Positions 12,556 to 22,053 of a stretch of DNA of 64,000 nt are shown one piece after another. Both the position numbers and the translations under genes were made by a program. The stretch's first letter is position 1. Each line of letters begins with the position of its first letter. Under the pieces are notes generated by a model that saw only the letters and a list, made by a program, of their open reading frames with translations, was not told where the DNA came from and searched no databases. Origin of the DNA: Candidatus Bathyarchaeota archaeon (GTDB taxonomy: Archaea > Thermoproteota > Bathyarchaeia > 40CM-2-53-6); assembly GCA_963833125.1 (NCBI GenBank), contig CAWHWX010000028.1:95501-159500 (forward strand), written 5' to 3'.

Positions 12556-13011
12556 ATGCAGAAGAAACCCACATTAATCGGTGGCAGCAATCGCAGTCGT
12601 TATTTTAGTTGTCTCGTTGAATATTGGAAACGTCTACGCTGTAACTCTTAACTGAACCAAATCCCGTAAACGAAGGCGTGGATGTACAGATTTCGGGAAC
12701 TGGGTGGCCGAGCGGTGTTATCATCGACGTGATTGGTGGCCCAAATCTCTCTGCCTCTTCTGATGGAAGTGGAAACTTCGGTTCCGTCACGATGACCGAC
12801 TGGGAGTTTAACGGTGGGAGGATATGATATCTCGGTTACGGATACTGCTAATCCAGCGATTACTCAAGTGGTAACTCTGACGGTTGACCCCGCAGCCACA
12901 ACAACAACCACTAGTGCGCCGCTTATCCCCGAATACCCTTACGGTCTAACATTGCTTGCAATCTTATTGGTTATAGGATATGGAGTAGTTAGGCGTAGAA
13001 TTAATTACTGA
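12556..13011 (+). CDS. Secreted protein with PEY(PEF)-CTERM sorting tail (frameshifted)
   Basis: Signal-like MQKKPTLI..AAIAVVILVVSLNIGNVYA, beta-rich domain across indels, Thr linker, then IPEYPYGL-TM-RRRINY. Confidence 0.65.
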
Positions 13012-13137
13012 ATTATGATTGGGCTTTCAGCCCAACCGTTTTAGTTGTGGTCGTTTCGGGTTTTGCGTCTGATTACGCCGAATGCGATTATCATGAGGAT
13101 TGCTAGGATTGGTAGGCCGAGTGGGTATTCTGGGATT
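12901..13137 (+). repeat. Copy 1 of a ~240-bp inverted repeat (two convergent sorting tails plus central hairpin)
   Basis: Aligns to the reverse complement of ~15769-16010, with a 47-bp identical core (12963-13009 vs 15899-15945); hairpin TTGGGC-TTTCA-GCCCAA at 13019-13035. Confidence 0.88.
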
Positions 13138-13948
13138 CGGTGGAGAGGTCGTCGTTGTGAGACCCGTCGTTGTTGTGGTTACCGTTGGAGGGTTGAGTGC
13201 TAAACCCGCCTCAGCCCAGAGGACGAAGAGATCATTACTGACTACTGAGTGTTGCAGGGAAAGTAGTAGGCGAAGAGACGCCTGAAGTAGCATACTCAGC
13301 CGCAGAGATACCACCACCGGCCGAAACCAACGTAAACCCGCCCCCATTCGAATAGGTGCATACTTCGAACGAGGTCATCGACAACCGGTTGATATCATTC
13401 AAAGCAGAAACGCTCCGGTCTGGAATGCGACCGAGCTCGTAGAAAATGAAGTACCAGTATCCGTAGAATTGGTACCCGTACCGATGCCCGTTCCTGCCCC
13501 CGCAGTCGTCACTCCCGAAACCTCAAAAATGTAAATGGCAACCGCTTCGCCGCACTGGGGAGCACATGAGAGACTAAATGTCGCAGATACCATATCCGCT
13601 CCACTAGAAGCGAGGGTCGCTGTCCAGATAGCCGCCGCACTGCTACTTCCTGTCTGTCCATTAGTTTCCACAACTGCTTGAGAGTACGATGAAACCAACG
13701 AATCACTAACAGATAAACCAAACTCACCGGCAGCATAATCGCAAGCCTACGGCTACCACATCTCCGCTTACAACGTTGCTTGAGAAAGAAACCGAGATGG
13801 TGAAAGGATTAGTGGCGAAGGCGCCTTCATTATTGTTCTGTTGGACTAGGGTTGACGTGGCGTGAACAGGCAACGGCTCCAAAACCAACAGAAACATGAA
13901 GATAACTACTAGTAGCCCAAGCCCAGCCGTCACACGTTTCAAGAGCAC
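13041..13948 (-). CDS. Secreted Ser/Thr-rich protein with PEY-CTERM tail (frameshifted)
   Basis: Signal peptide ending VHA in ORF 13724-13948; continues in ORFs 13399-13698 and 13027-13347; a shifted frame ends IPEYPLGLPILAILMIIAFGVIRRKTRNDHN* (stop at 13041). Confidence 0.7.
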
Positions 13949-14074
13949 AAACCCTACTGCAGAGCTTGATTCCTGAACCTAATATGACTTATTTCCGTTC
14001 ATCAACAGCTACGAGTAGGAACATCAACGTTCCGTTAATGAACTCCGAACCCTGCCTCAATCAACTCGGTTGTT

Positions 14075-14976
14075 CTATTTCCTCTTCCGGAGGTACCATT
14101 CCTCGCCGTCTTGCCCCATCAACTCGAACCCCTCTTCGAGGAGCTTAACCCTGGTAGCTTTGTCAGGTGCTATCTTCACAATGAAATCGTCGTCCTCTCG
14201 GAGTATCAGGGAAACGTACCGCATCGTGTTGTTGATTGACTTGTGGCCGAGAACCTGTTTAACGTGAATGATGTCTCGGGTTCGATAGTATTCCATGCTT
14301 CCCTTGTAATGTCTCAAGGTGCGGAAGCTGATTAAATTGATTCTCGGATTCCCTAACCTTTTGGTTACTATTCTTCTGCCTCGTTGAAAGTTGCGGGTGA
14401 AGTAGGTTAGATCCCTAATCGAGTCCACGTCGTCTCGGTGAAAGACGAATTTCCTGTCCTTATGGGCGAGGCCCCCTAGTTTCTGGATTAGAGCCTGGCT
14501 AACCTTAACTTGCCTACCGAGGCTACCTTTCTCAGGCGTCAGTGTTACTACTCTCTGCTCGAAATCTACCTGATGCCATTGCAGTTGCCAGGCTTCGCCA
14601 CTTCGGGCGCCACAATCCTTGAGCAAGTGAACGAATGTCCCAATCGTCGGGTTGCCTAGCCCGTTGATTAAAGCGTCTACTTCATCAGTGTGAGGAATCC
14701 AAGGTAAACTTTCAACCTGTTGATAGTAAGGCCGGTTCCACTGTGTTCCGTTGAACCGATAAAACCGGTCTAAAACCTCGCAGATATGCTGCTTACCGCC
14801 AACATTCCAACTAGCATTACCAATGAATCGCTTGATTGATTCGGGTTCTAGGATTGAAACGTGTTTATCGAGGCGTCTTAGTCTCTTCACGTCGTTATAG
14901 ACGGTATGAATTAAGTACCCTTCCTTCGTAGCCATAACCCGTAGTTAATTATCTCAGATTCATGTCTGGATAGCAT
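14075..14976 (-). CDS. Tyrosine recombinase/integrase
   Basis: Catalytic GARSGEA (R), EKG (K), RTLRH, LGHKSI and TMRY (Y). A 1-nt shift near 14925 joins upstream MLSRHESEIINYGLWLR to KEGY, extending the listed ORF 14075-14935. Confidence 0.9.
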
Positions 14977-14981
14977 TCGTT

Positions 14982-15059
14982 GGGCGGGTAGCCTAGCCTG
15001 GATAGGGCACAGGCCTCCGGAGCCTGAGGTCGGGGGTTCGAATCCCTCCCCGCCCGCCA
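14982..15059 (+). tRNA. tRNA-Arg(CCG) with encoded CCA
   Basis: GGGCGGG/CCCGCCC acceptor stem, CAGGC-CT-CCG-GA-GCCTG anticodon arm, GGGGG-TTCGAAT-CCCTC T arm. Confidence 0.96.
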
Positions 15060-15352
15060 CACGTTCAACCATAACAAAAATCCCCGGCTGAACCTGCAAT
15101 AATGTTAAGCCACTTCGAACGTCACCACCCACCGTGCCGGAAGCTAACAAGGCCGCAGGATTGTGAGATACCTCAAGGATACTATCCGATAGCATGGTAG
15201 CCAATCGGCCTGAAGATCTTTTCCATTGAAACATTCTAGTAAGCGATAACTCCGCAATGCTCACGTTTACTGTTCCGAGTTGTAATCTGATATCGAGAGT
15301 CGAACGAGGTCTTATTACCTGCCAAAACATGACCTACTGTCGGGTTCTTTTC

Positions 15353-15865
15353 ATGAGATTTGGAACGGCTTGGGTAAAGTATGCCTTGCTTGTGGCAACC
15401 GTCTTAGCCTTAGCAACACCCATAATCGTTAACGCTAGCCCATGCCCTCCAATTACCATCATAACTGTCCCTGGAACAACAGAGACTTTCACTGGAACAA
15501 TAACAGAGACTTTCACTGTAACAACAACGACAACAGCTACTATCCCTGGAACAACAATTACCGTCAATTACTCAACACTTGCTGTGACTTCGGGAACCAC
15601 AGTGACAACTACGACCACGCAGGTCCCTGGGTTGAGCGCCGTCTCCATAATCAGTTCTACTGAAGTAACGTCGAGCACTACAACGTGCTCAACGGATACC
15701 AATAGTGTCCCTGCAACTTTCGTCGTCTTTGGGCTTACGACAGTGATTATTCTTGGAGTGCCGTTGGCTATTCCTGAATACCCCTTCGGCCTAGCGGTAC
15801 TAGCAATTTTCGTGATAATTGCATACGGCGTGATAAGACGCAAGACTCGATACGACTACTCCTAA
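15353..15865 (+). CDS. Thr-rich secreted protein with PEY-CTERM tail
   Basis: Signal peptide MRFGTAWVKYALLVATVLALATPIIVNA, TETFT repeats, IPEYPFGL-TM-RRKTRYDYS. Confidence 0.8.
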   Translation: MRFGTAWVKYALLVATVLALATPIIVNASPCPPITIITVPGTTETFTGTITETFTVTTTTTATIPGTTITVNYSTLAVTSGTTVTTTTTQVPGLSAVSIISSTEVTSSTTTCSTDTNSVPATFVVFGLTTVIILGVPLAIPEYPFGLAVLAIFVIIAYGVIRRKTRYDYS

Positions 15866-16010
15866 CTCCGTTTGGGCCGAATGGCCCAATTATAATTTAG
15901 TAATTAATTCTACGCCTAACTACTCCATATCCTATAACCAATAAGGTTGCTAGCAACGGTAGGCCGTAGGGGTATTCGGGTATAGGTGGCGCACTGGTTG
16001 TTGTGGTTGT
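15769..16010 (-). repeat. Copy 2 of the ~240-bp inverted repeat
   Basis: See copy 1; hairpin TTGGGCC-GAAT-GGCCCAA at 15872-15889. Confidence 0.88.
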
Positions 16011-16370
16011 AGGTAATTGAGTGAAAGTGGCTCCGATAATAATCGTAAACCCACCGAGAGCTGGCATCACAAGATTACACGGATTGCTCGTGGGACCTCC
16101 GATACAGGGAACGACGACGTCCCCCGCCATTGACCACGATGAAAACTGCCAACCAACGCTAGGTATGGCAGTCACCGTAATTATATCCCCACCCGCCTCC
16201 ATGCAACCGCTAGGGCTTGGGCAGTTCGGCGATACAGAACCCGATCCCGCATCGACACGTGTAATCAGAGTATCCGTAGGGGCTTGGGCGCGTGCTGGCT
16301 TTAAGCCAACCAAGATCAGGGTTAAAACCAGAAGAAACAAAACAAAAACATGACTGCTCCGCAAAACCAA
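15897..16370 (-). CDS. Secreted beta-rich repeat-domain protein with PEY-CTERM tail
   Basis: Signal peptide ending ARA; GSGSVSP...ITVTAIPSVGWQFSSWS...C...NPC resembles InlB B-repeat-like domains; ends IPEYPYGL-TM-RRRINY. Confidence 0.8.
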   Translation of the reverse strand: MVLRSSHVFVLFLLVLTLILVGLKPARAQAPTDTLITRVDAGSGSVSPNCPSPSGCMEAGGDIITVTAIPSVGWQFSSWSMAGDVVVPCIGGPTSNPCNLVMPALGGFTIIIGATFTQLPTTTTTSAPPIPEYPYGLPLLATLLVIGYGVVRRRINY

Positions 16371-16401
16371 CTAAACCGGACATAACCCCTTTCAAAGGCA
16401 C

Positions 16402-16932
16402 TTAAGCGTTTGCAGAATTCCCGTCCATGCGAGCGAGATTGAAATTGCAAACAGATCCTGTGTACGACAACGATTGAAGATTTAGAGGTTGATAGATTGA
16501 CGTCGAATATACGATGTAGAACACGTCAGACAACGGGTCTAAACCATAGACGCTTTGGACGTTGCTGATTGTCACTTCGAATGAGTTAGTGTGATTGTCT
16601 GGGATAACATAGAATGCCCATGCGGACGAATCCTTTGGATGTATTAGCAGGCGTGCTGTGGCGGAGGTACCGAATGTCCCCTGTTGACTGCTCGCGAGTG
16701 TTGCATTAATTGCTGACAATGTTATGTCTGTTACGAGCGTTGTACTCCCCACGTTGTCAACTGACACTTGGACCATCAACGGTGGCGTCGGTCCAACGAC
16801 ACCACAATAATCGTAGTTAGCCTGGGTCAGCAATTCATACCTGAGTTGTGGTCTTACCGTCCAACCCCACCCATAGCCGCCTAAAATGGCAATCAGCACG
16901 CCGACAACGATGACTTTCTGGCTATTATTCAT
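16402..16932 (-). CDS. Hypothetical membrane-anchored exported protein
   Basis: N-terminal TM helix followed by a beta-rich domain; 176 aa. Confidence 0.6.
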   Translation of the reverse strand: MNNSQKVIVVGVLIAILGGYGWGWTVRPQLRYELLTQANYDYCGVVGPTPPLMVQVSVDNVGSTTLVTDITLSAINATLASSQQGTFGTSATARLLIHPKDSSAWAFYVIPDNHTNSFEVTISNVQSVYGLDPLSDVFYIVYSTSIYQPLNLQSLSYTGSVCNFNLARMDGNSANA

Positions 16933-17873
16933 GAATTAACGTTCTCACCGGGTTCAGACCGTTGCTTTACCCATGACGCGTGTTTTTTTGCGTTAAGGTC
17001 CAGGAAAAGCAGTGTCTCTTGAGGGGCGTGAACGATTGGATTAGGTGAGTCAATGACCAGCGAATTGTCAGTTATTTCGGAGATGGTTATGGGAGTTGTT
17101 TGCATGCCAATAGTTGCGTGAAAGCTGCCTTCTCTGACTCCTTCAGCGTAGAAGGCGCTTTTCTGGAACTTGACTTTCAGTTTCGGATCGACTTTTACGT
17201 CACGAGAGGTTGTGAGGACTGAACCTCTTCCCAATTCATCTATCGTTGCACCTTTTATCGCTAGGCCAACTCTTGTCCCTGCCTCAGCTGTTTCCCAGTC
17301 CTCATCCTGAATCTGTATAGACCGAACGATCACCTCTTTGTTGGCCGGGAGGAGATTGAGTTTGTCATACTTTCTAACGGTCCCCTGCTTTACGAAGCCA
17401 AGTACAACCTCCCCGACGCCTTTGACGCTGAATGAATGATCCACGACGACTACTGGCGGCGCAACATTATCCCGTTTGGGAGTAAATGCTTTCAGGAGGT
17501 CGAGGAGTCGGCCTGGGTTGTTCTGCTCTACCTTGAACGCATTCATTGCCGTGCTTTTTGTTATGGCAGTTATTTGGTCAGGTGTTGCGTAGGTGGTGGT
17601 GATGGAGATTCCTTCCTTGACTCCCATTAGGTCGAGCATTAGAATCGTTTCACCTAATTCTCGTGTCATTTGGGAGAAAACGACTACGGCGATGTCGATC
17701 GTTGAGATGATTTGGCTCTTTGCTGAAAGTTTGTCGGCTACGGGCGACATCAAGGTGAAGATGTAATCATCCATCTTCCTGTTGGACATGACAATATCAC
17801 TCTCGGTCGCCTTCTTTCCTAATTCGCGGTTTAGAGCTTCATCGTGAAATACTCCGACAGTGAGATGATGCAT
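16929..17873 (-). CDS. Archaeal SelB-like/EF-Tu domain II protein with degenerate G domain (aSelBL-like)
   Basis: LGKKATESDI, VDHSFSVKGVGEVVLG, VRSIQIQD and RVGLAIKG motifs; no canonical P-loop. Confidence 0.8.
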   Translation of the reverse strand: MHHLTVGVFHDEALNRELGKKATESDIVMSNRKMDDYIFTLMSPVADKLSAKSQIISTIDIAVVVFSQMTRELGETILMLDLMGVKEGISITTTYATPDQITAITKSTAMNAFKVEQNNPGRLLDLLKAFTPKRDNVAPPVVVVDHSFSVKGVGEVVLGFVKQGTVRKYDKLNLLPANKEVIVRSIQIQDEDWETAEAGTRVGLAIKGATIDELGRGSVLTTSRDVKVDPKLKVKFQKSAFYAEGVREGSFHATIGMQTTPITISEITDNSLVIDSPNPIVHAPQETLLFLDLNAKKHASWVKQRSEPGENVNS

Positions 17874-17983
17874 ACCGTCAGCAACTCGTTTCTACCATAT
17901 CAACTTCAGGCCAGTGATAGGACCGCTACTGATGCGACAAATGGAATCCTAATACCTGTGACGGGAATAGTCGCCTGAAGATC

Positions 17984-18910
17984 GTGAAGAGTTTGGATCC
18001 AGTCTTAATCGGGGAAAGCGCGGCTGTAGCTACCTCGTTCCTCTGGACAGTGAGCTCGATCTTCTTCACATCAGCTGGCAAGAGAATGGGTTGGCTCACC
18101 GTCAACGCGTATCGAACAGTAATGGCGATCGCCTTCCTCGCGGTCACACACGTGATCCTTCTAGGAACCTTGGTGCCACCTGCCAATACAGCGCAGTGGT
18201 TTTGGATGGGATTGAGCGGAATCGTTGGGTTGAGTATAGGGGATTCAGGGCTATTTGCCGCCTACCTCGCTATTGGTCCCAGGCGATCGCTTCTGCTGAT
18301 GGCTTTGGCCCCGATATTTGCCGCGGTCGGGGCCTATCTAATGCTCGGAGAAACCATTCGCTCATTGGCGATCGTTGGCATGGTAATCACTTTGTTTGGC
18401 GTTGTCATAGTGATACTTGAGTCTGAGGAACACTCGGGTGAGGCCAGGATATCGAGCAAGCGAAGGGTTTCGGGTGTATTGTTTGGGTTGGTTGCAGCCA
18501 TAGGGCAAGGAATTGGATTGGTACTGGCGAAGAAAGGAATTGACCTGACCAGTAGCGTCCCTTTGAACCCCTTGTCCGCGACACTAATGCGCCTCCTCTT
18601 CGGGGGGTTGTTTATTTGGATCATAGCTCTAGCCGCGGGAAGAATGCCTCAACTCCTCAAGTCGATGAGAGATCGGGATGGCATGTTGAATACAGCTGCC
18701 GCCTCTTTTGTCGGTCCGTACCTCGGCATTACATTCTCAATGGTTGCAGTAACATTTACCGAGACCGGGGTAGCGCAGACACTTCTCTCTCTAATGCCTG
18801 TAATGATAATCCCGGTGGTGTGGATCTTGTATCGTCAGCGGACAAGTTTGCGAGGAATAGCGGGCGCGGCCGTGGCAGTGTTAGGTGTCGCAATCATATT
18901 CCTAAGTTGA
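17984..18910 (+). CDS. DMT/EamA family transporter
   Basis: About 10 TM helices in two EamA repeats (GLSIGDS, SLMPVMI). Confidence 0.88.
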   Translation: MKSLDPVLIGESAAVATSFLWTVSSIFFTSAGKRMGWLTVNAYRTVMAIAFLAVTHVILLGTLVPPANTAQWFWMGLSGIVGLSIGDSGLFAAYLAIGPRRSLLLMALAPIFAAVGAYLMLGETIRSLAIVGMVITLFGVVIVILESEEHSGEARISSKRRVSGVLFGLVAAIGQGIGLVLAKKGIDLTSSVPLNPLSATLMRLLFGGLFIWIIALAAGRMPQLLKSMRDRDGMLNTAAASFVGPYLGITFSMVAVTFTETGVAQTLLSLMPVMIIPVVWILYRQRTSLRGIAGAAVAVLGVAIIFLS

Positions 18911-18977
18911 AGAAGCTAGTTTTCGTGTAAAAAAGAACCCTTAACTATCCTTTTGCTGGGTTGCGGCTCGGTATGTT

Positions 18978-20003
18978 TTGCCAAAACGAGTCGCTCTAAT
19001 CCGTGGAGATGGCACAGGACCTGAGCTCACCGAAGCAACCCTGAAAGTTCTCAAGGCTGTCGATACGGACGTCGAATTCATTGAATGTGATGCGGGGGCC
19101 GAGTGGTGGCAAGCCCACGGCGGATCCGTTCTGATTCCCGATTCGAGTTGGAAGATAATTGAATCAGCTGATGCGTGCCTGAAAGGGCCCACTACTACGC
19201 CCGCAGGCCCGAAAACGCCACGCAGCGTTGCTGTGAGCATACGTCAAAGGATGAATCTCTACGCGAACATTCGACCGGTTAAGACATTCGAAGGAACCAA
19301 ACGGCCGCTCGGCGACGTGGAGTTGGTGTGCGTTCGTGAAGCCACCGAGGGGCTATACTCAGGTATTGAGCATAGGCTGTCAAATGACGTCGCGATAGCC
19401 TTTCGCAAAATTACACGAGCCCCAAGCGAGAAGCTGTGCCGAACCGCCTTTGAAGAAGCCAAACGCCGCGGCTGGAAACGCACCTACGTAATCACCAAAC
19501 AGAACATCCTGAAAGAAACCGACGGGCTATTCATGGAGGCAGCTAACGGCGCACACGCAAACTACCCCGAGATAAGCATGGACGAATATTTCATTGATAA
19601 TTTCGCCCAACAACTCATCAAGAACCCTCAACGCTTCAATCAAAGCGTGATCTTCGGCACTAACCTCTTCATGGACATTATCTCCGAGGAAGTCTCCGCC
19701 CTAGTCGCCAGCATAGGCTGCATCTACTCCGCGAACTTTGGCGATGAGTACGCAATGTTCGAACCTGCTCACGGCAGCGCCCCTCAGTACAAAGGCAAGA
19801 ACAAAGTGAACCCAACAGCCACCGTCCTAGCCGGAGCCTGGATGCTGGATTACTTAGGGGAGAAGAAGAAATCTGAAGTCATCTTCAAAGCAACCCGGGA
19901 AGTGATTGCGGAAGGAAAGAAGGTTACATATGACCTAGGCGGGAGCGCAGGCCTTTCAGAAATGTCGGACGCCATTGCTGACCGAGCTCGAAAGAGCCTG
20001 TGA
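18978..20003 (+). CDS. Isocitrate/isopropylmalate dehydrogenase family protein
   Basis: GDGTGPE, KGPTTTP, LYANIRP, REATEGLY and FEPAHGSAP motifs. Confidence 0.92.
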   Translation: MPKRVALIRGDGTGPELTEATLKVLKAVDTDVEFIECDAGAEWWQAHGGSVLIPDSSWKIIESADACLKGPTTTPAGPKTPRSVAVSIRQRMNLYANIRPVKTFEGTKRPLGDVELVCVREATEGLYSGIEHRLSNDVAIAFRKITRAPSEKLCRTAFEEAKRRGWKRTYVITKQNILKETDGLFMEAANGAHANYPEISMDEYFIDNFAQQLIKNPQRFNQSVIFGTNLFMDIISEEVSALVASIGCIYSANFGDEYAMFEPAHGSAPQYKGKNKVNPTATVLAGAWMLDYLGEKKKSEVIFKATREVIAEGKKVTYDLGGSAGLSEMSDAIADRARKSL

Positions 20004-20182
20004 AATTTCCATCCGAACGTACGGACCCAACTAGAGTAAGTTCACGCCGGACCCTCTTCTCAGCCCTAATGGTCACTATCCATTCGAGAGGGCGATTAGA
20101 TTTCAATAATTGTAGCTACAATGTTGATTGGATGGATGGAGTGTACGCAAATACCTATCTGTTGGTGTAATTCATAATAGAA

Positions 20183-20389
20183 TTGATCCATATGGAATCC
20201 CCCGAAACCGAAGAAAAAGAATTCTCAGACGAAGAGCTTGAAGAAATAATTGACATGAAAGCCCCTACGGCGTTGATTAAGGAATTCGAGGCGATGGTGA
20301 AAGAGAGCCCCCTCCTCGTCACGGGGTTGGTATTTGCATTTGGAATTCTCATAGGGGTCTCGCTCTCATCCGGTCGTAGAAGGCGCTGA
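20183..20389 (+). CDS. Small tail-anchored membrane protein, DUF883 (ElaB/YqjD)-like C-terminus
   Basis: Acidic helix, then ESPLLVTGLVFAFGILIGVSL and a basic tail RRRR. Confidence 0.6.
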   Translation: MIHMESPETEEKEFSDEELEEIIDMKAPTALIKEFEAMVKESPLLVTGLVFAFGILIGVSLSSGRRRR

Positions 20390-20438
20390 AAGCTATTCTT
20401 TTATTGATTGTACGTTGAGTTAACGCGTGGTGTAGATT

Positions 20439-20654
20439 TTGCCGAAAAAGAAAGACCCACCTAGCGAGATCCCACGGTACATGAAGAGCCTTAGGAAAGA
20501 TGTGGACTACCGACTGACAGATTTGAAGTCGGAGTTGGATGATGTCCAGAAGAGGGCGGCTAAGACGATGAAGGAACGGCCTATGCTCGCCCTTGGAATC
20601 GCGTTCATGGTTGGAATGGCATTCGGCATCGCCCTAGCAAAGTCAGGGGACTAG
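20439..20654 (+). CDS. Small tail-anchored membrane protein, DUF883 (ElaB/YqjD)-like
   Basis: Amphipathic helix, then ERPMLALGIAFMVGMAFGIAL. Confidence 0.65.
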   Translation: MPKKKDPPSEIPRYMKSLRKDVDYRLTDLKSELDDVQKRAAKTMKERPMLALGIAFMVGMAFGIALAKSGD

Positions 20655-20663
20655 GCGTTCGAA

Positions 20664-20963
20664 TTGCCCGAACCCGAGAAGCCCGCTCTGTCCGAAAAAC
20701 TCGTGAAGTTAATCCTACGCGAAGCCCTCGGCGGCGTCGCTAAACCTGTGGAACATTTTGTCAAACGTCTGGTCCGCTCTGTTGCCTTGATTCTGGGCGG
20801 CATTGTGATAGCTGTGATTGGAATCGCATTCGTTGCAGTAGGGGCGGTGAGGTGGCTCAGCTCCCTAATGCCAACTTGGTTAGCGTGGGCGCTTGTGGGA
20901 ATAATCCTCCTCCTCATCGGCGTAACCGTTACTTCAACGGCTTACGCTAGTGGACGGAGCTAA
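20664..20963 (+). CDS. Two-TM membrane protein, YqjE/holin-like
   Basis: Two hydrophobic helices joined by a MPTWLAW turn; co-oriented with the DUF883-like genes. Confidence 0.55.
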   Translation: MPEPEKPALSEKLVKLILREALGGVAKPVEHFVKRLVRSVALILGGIVIAVIGIAFVAVGAVRWLSSLMPTWLAWALVGIILLLIGVTVTSTAYASGRS

Positions 20964-21014
20964 AGGCTCCCGACGATTCCAGCATTCGACTTATCGAATC
21001 AGAATGTCGCTCAA

Positions 21015-21308
21015 TTACGGTGCGGCATTCTCAGTTGTTAGGAATCGAATAATCTTTCCCGCGCCAAGTTTCTCCGTAACTATCTTCTGTTCCTCCGCGT
21101 TCAGGGGTTTGTATTTGAGATGAGTTTCAGTGACGCCGGCGTAGCGGCCTGCGACTAGGTAGGCGCTTGCGTTCTTCTCTTTGTAGATGGTTATGGGTTT
21201 GTGAACGGCGGCTGGGTCCGTACCGGCATAAAGATAGCTAATTGCGTCGTCGTACTTCGCCTTGTCTTCAATCTTAAACAGGACCACATTTGTCTCGTCG
21301 GGTTTCAT
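21015..21308 (-). CDS. Hypothetical protein
   Basis: 97-aa ATG ORF with protein-like composition filling the intergenic space. Confidence 0.65.
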   Translation of the reverse strand: MKPDETNVVLFKIEDKAKYDDAISYLYAGTDPAAVHKPITIYKEKNASAYLVAGRYAGVTETHLKYKPLNAEEQKIVTEKLGAGKIIRFLTTENAAP

Positions 21309-21434
21309 GCGAGCTTGACTTGTTTACAGGGGTAAAACTGTTACGGAGTCATCCAAGGCGCTCAGGCAAAGCGCGTCACTTTGCAAGAGGTTTTATGTCC
21401 GGTTCACCCATGCTTTGCGTAGGATCGTTAGAAG

Positions 21435-21929
21435 TTGATTAAGGCAACAGTACAGAAAGCGCTAAACGACCAAACAAGAAAGGAATTCTACTCCCATTAT
21501 CTCTACCTCTCAATGGCAGCGCATTTCGAATCAATCAACCTGCGAGGGTTCGCCCATTGGATGCGTGTTCAAGCGAAGGAGGAAATGGAACACGCGATGA
21601 AATTCTTCGAATACATAATCGAAAGACAAGGGAAAGTGGTCTTAGAGGCAATCGAGGCACCCGCTGCGAAGTGGAGGACGCCTAAGGACATCCTCGGGGA
21701 TGCCTACAATCATGAAAGAAAGGTCACCGAATCCATTCACAAGATAGTTGACCTTGCTGCGTTAGAGAAAGATTATGCCACCATCATATTCCTCCAGTGG
21801 TTCGTGACAGAGCAAGTGGAAGAAGAAGCAAGCGCGAACGAAATTCTTCAAAAACTCCAACTCATCGGAACCGAAACCAGCGCACTCTTCGTTCTGGACG
21901 GAGAACTAGGTAAAAGAGCTTCCAAGTAA
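21435..21929 (+). CDS. ftnA: Ferritin
   Basis: EFYSHYLYLSMA, EEMEHAMKF, HERKVT and FLQWFVTEQVEEE ferroxidase motifs. Confidence 0.95.
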   Translation: MIKATVQKALNDQTRKEFYSHYLYLSMAAHFESINLRGFAHWMRVQAKEEMEHAMKFFEYIIERQGKVVLEAIEAPAAKWRTPKDILGDAYNHERKVTESIHKIVDLAALEKDYATIIFLQWFVTEQVEEEASANEILQKLQLIGTETSALFVLDGELGKRASK

Positions 21930-21970
21930 TCAAGCGGACTTTGCCGCGTCTGAAGTTTAGGCTCTTTGCT

Positions 21971-22053
21971 TCTGATGGTGGGTCAACGATCAGCGCCATC
22001 TTTTCGTGCGAACACTTGACAATTTGATTGCCCGCACCATCAGACCCGCAAAA
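21971..22053. repeat. Degenerate inverted doublet of the 28-bp repeat
   Basis: Reverse complement of 22026-22053 is TTTTGCG-GGTCTGATGGTGCG-GGCAATC (centre 12/14 identical to copy F); inverted partner TCTGATGGTGGGTCAA at 21971-21986. Confidence 0.55.

Larger units (their letters stand above)
11685..15015. mobile_element. Small (~3.3 kb) integrative element in tRNA-Arg(CCG)
   Basis: Bounded by the 34-bp direct repeats; tyrosine integrase abuts the right copy; cargo is two surface-protein genes plus degraded DNA. Confidence 0.8.

Noticed and set aside
14911-15330. 139-aa minus-strand ORF spanning the tRNA
   Set aside because: Mostly the antisense reading of the tRNA; only the last ~20-35 codons plausibly belong to the integrase N-terminus.
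13100-15800. Shufflon-type inversion between the PEY-CTERM inverted repeats
   Set aside because: Inversion within the repeats would only exchange near-equivalent tails, not passenger domains, so it would not act as a classical phase-variation switch.
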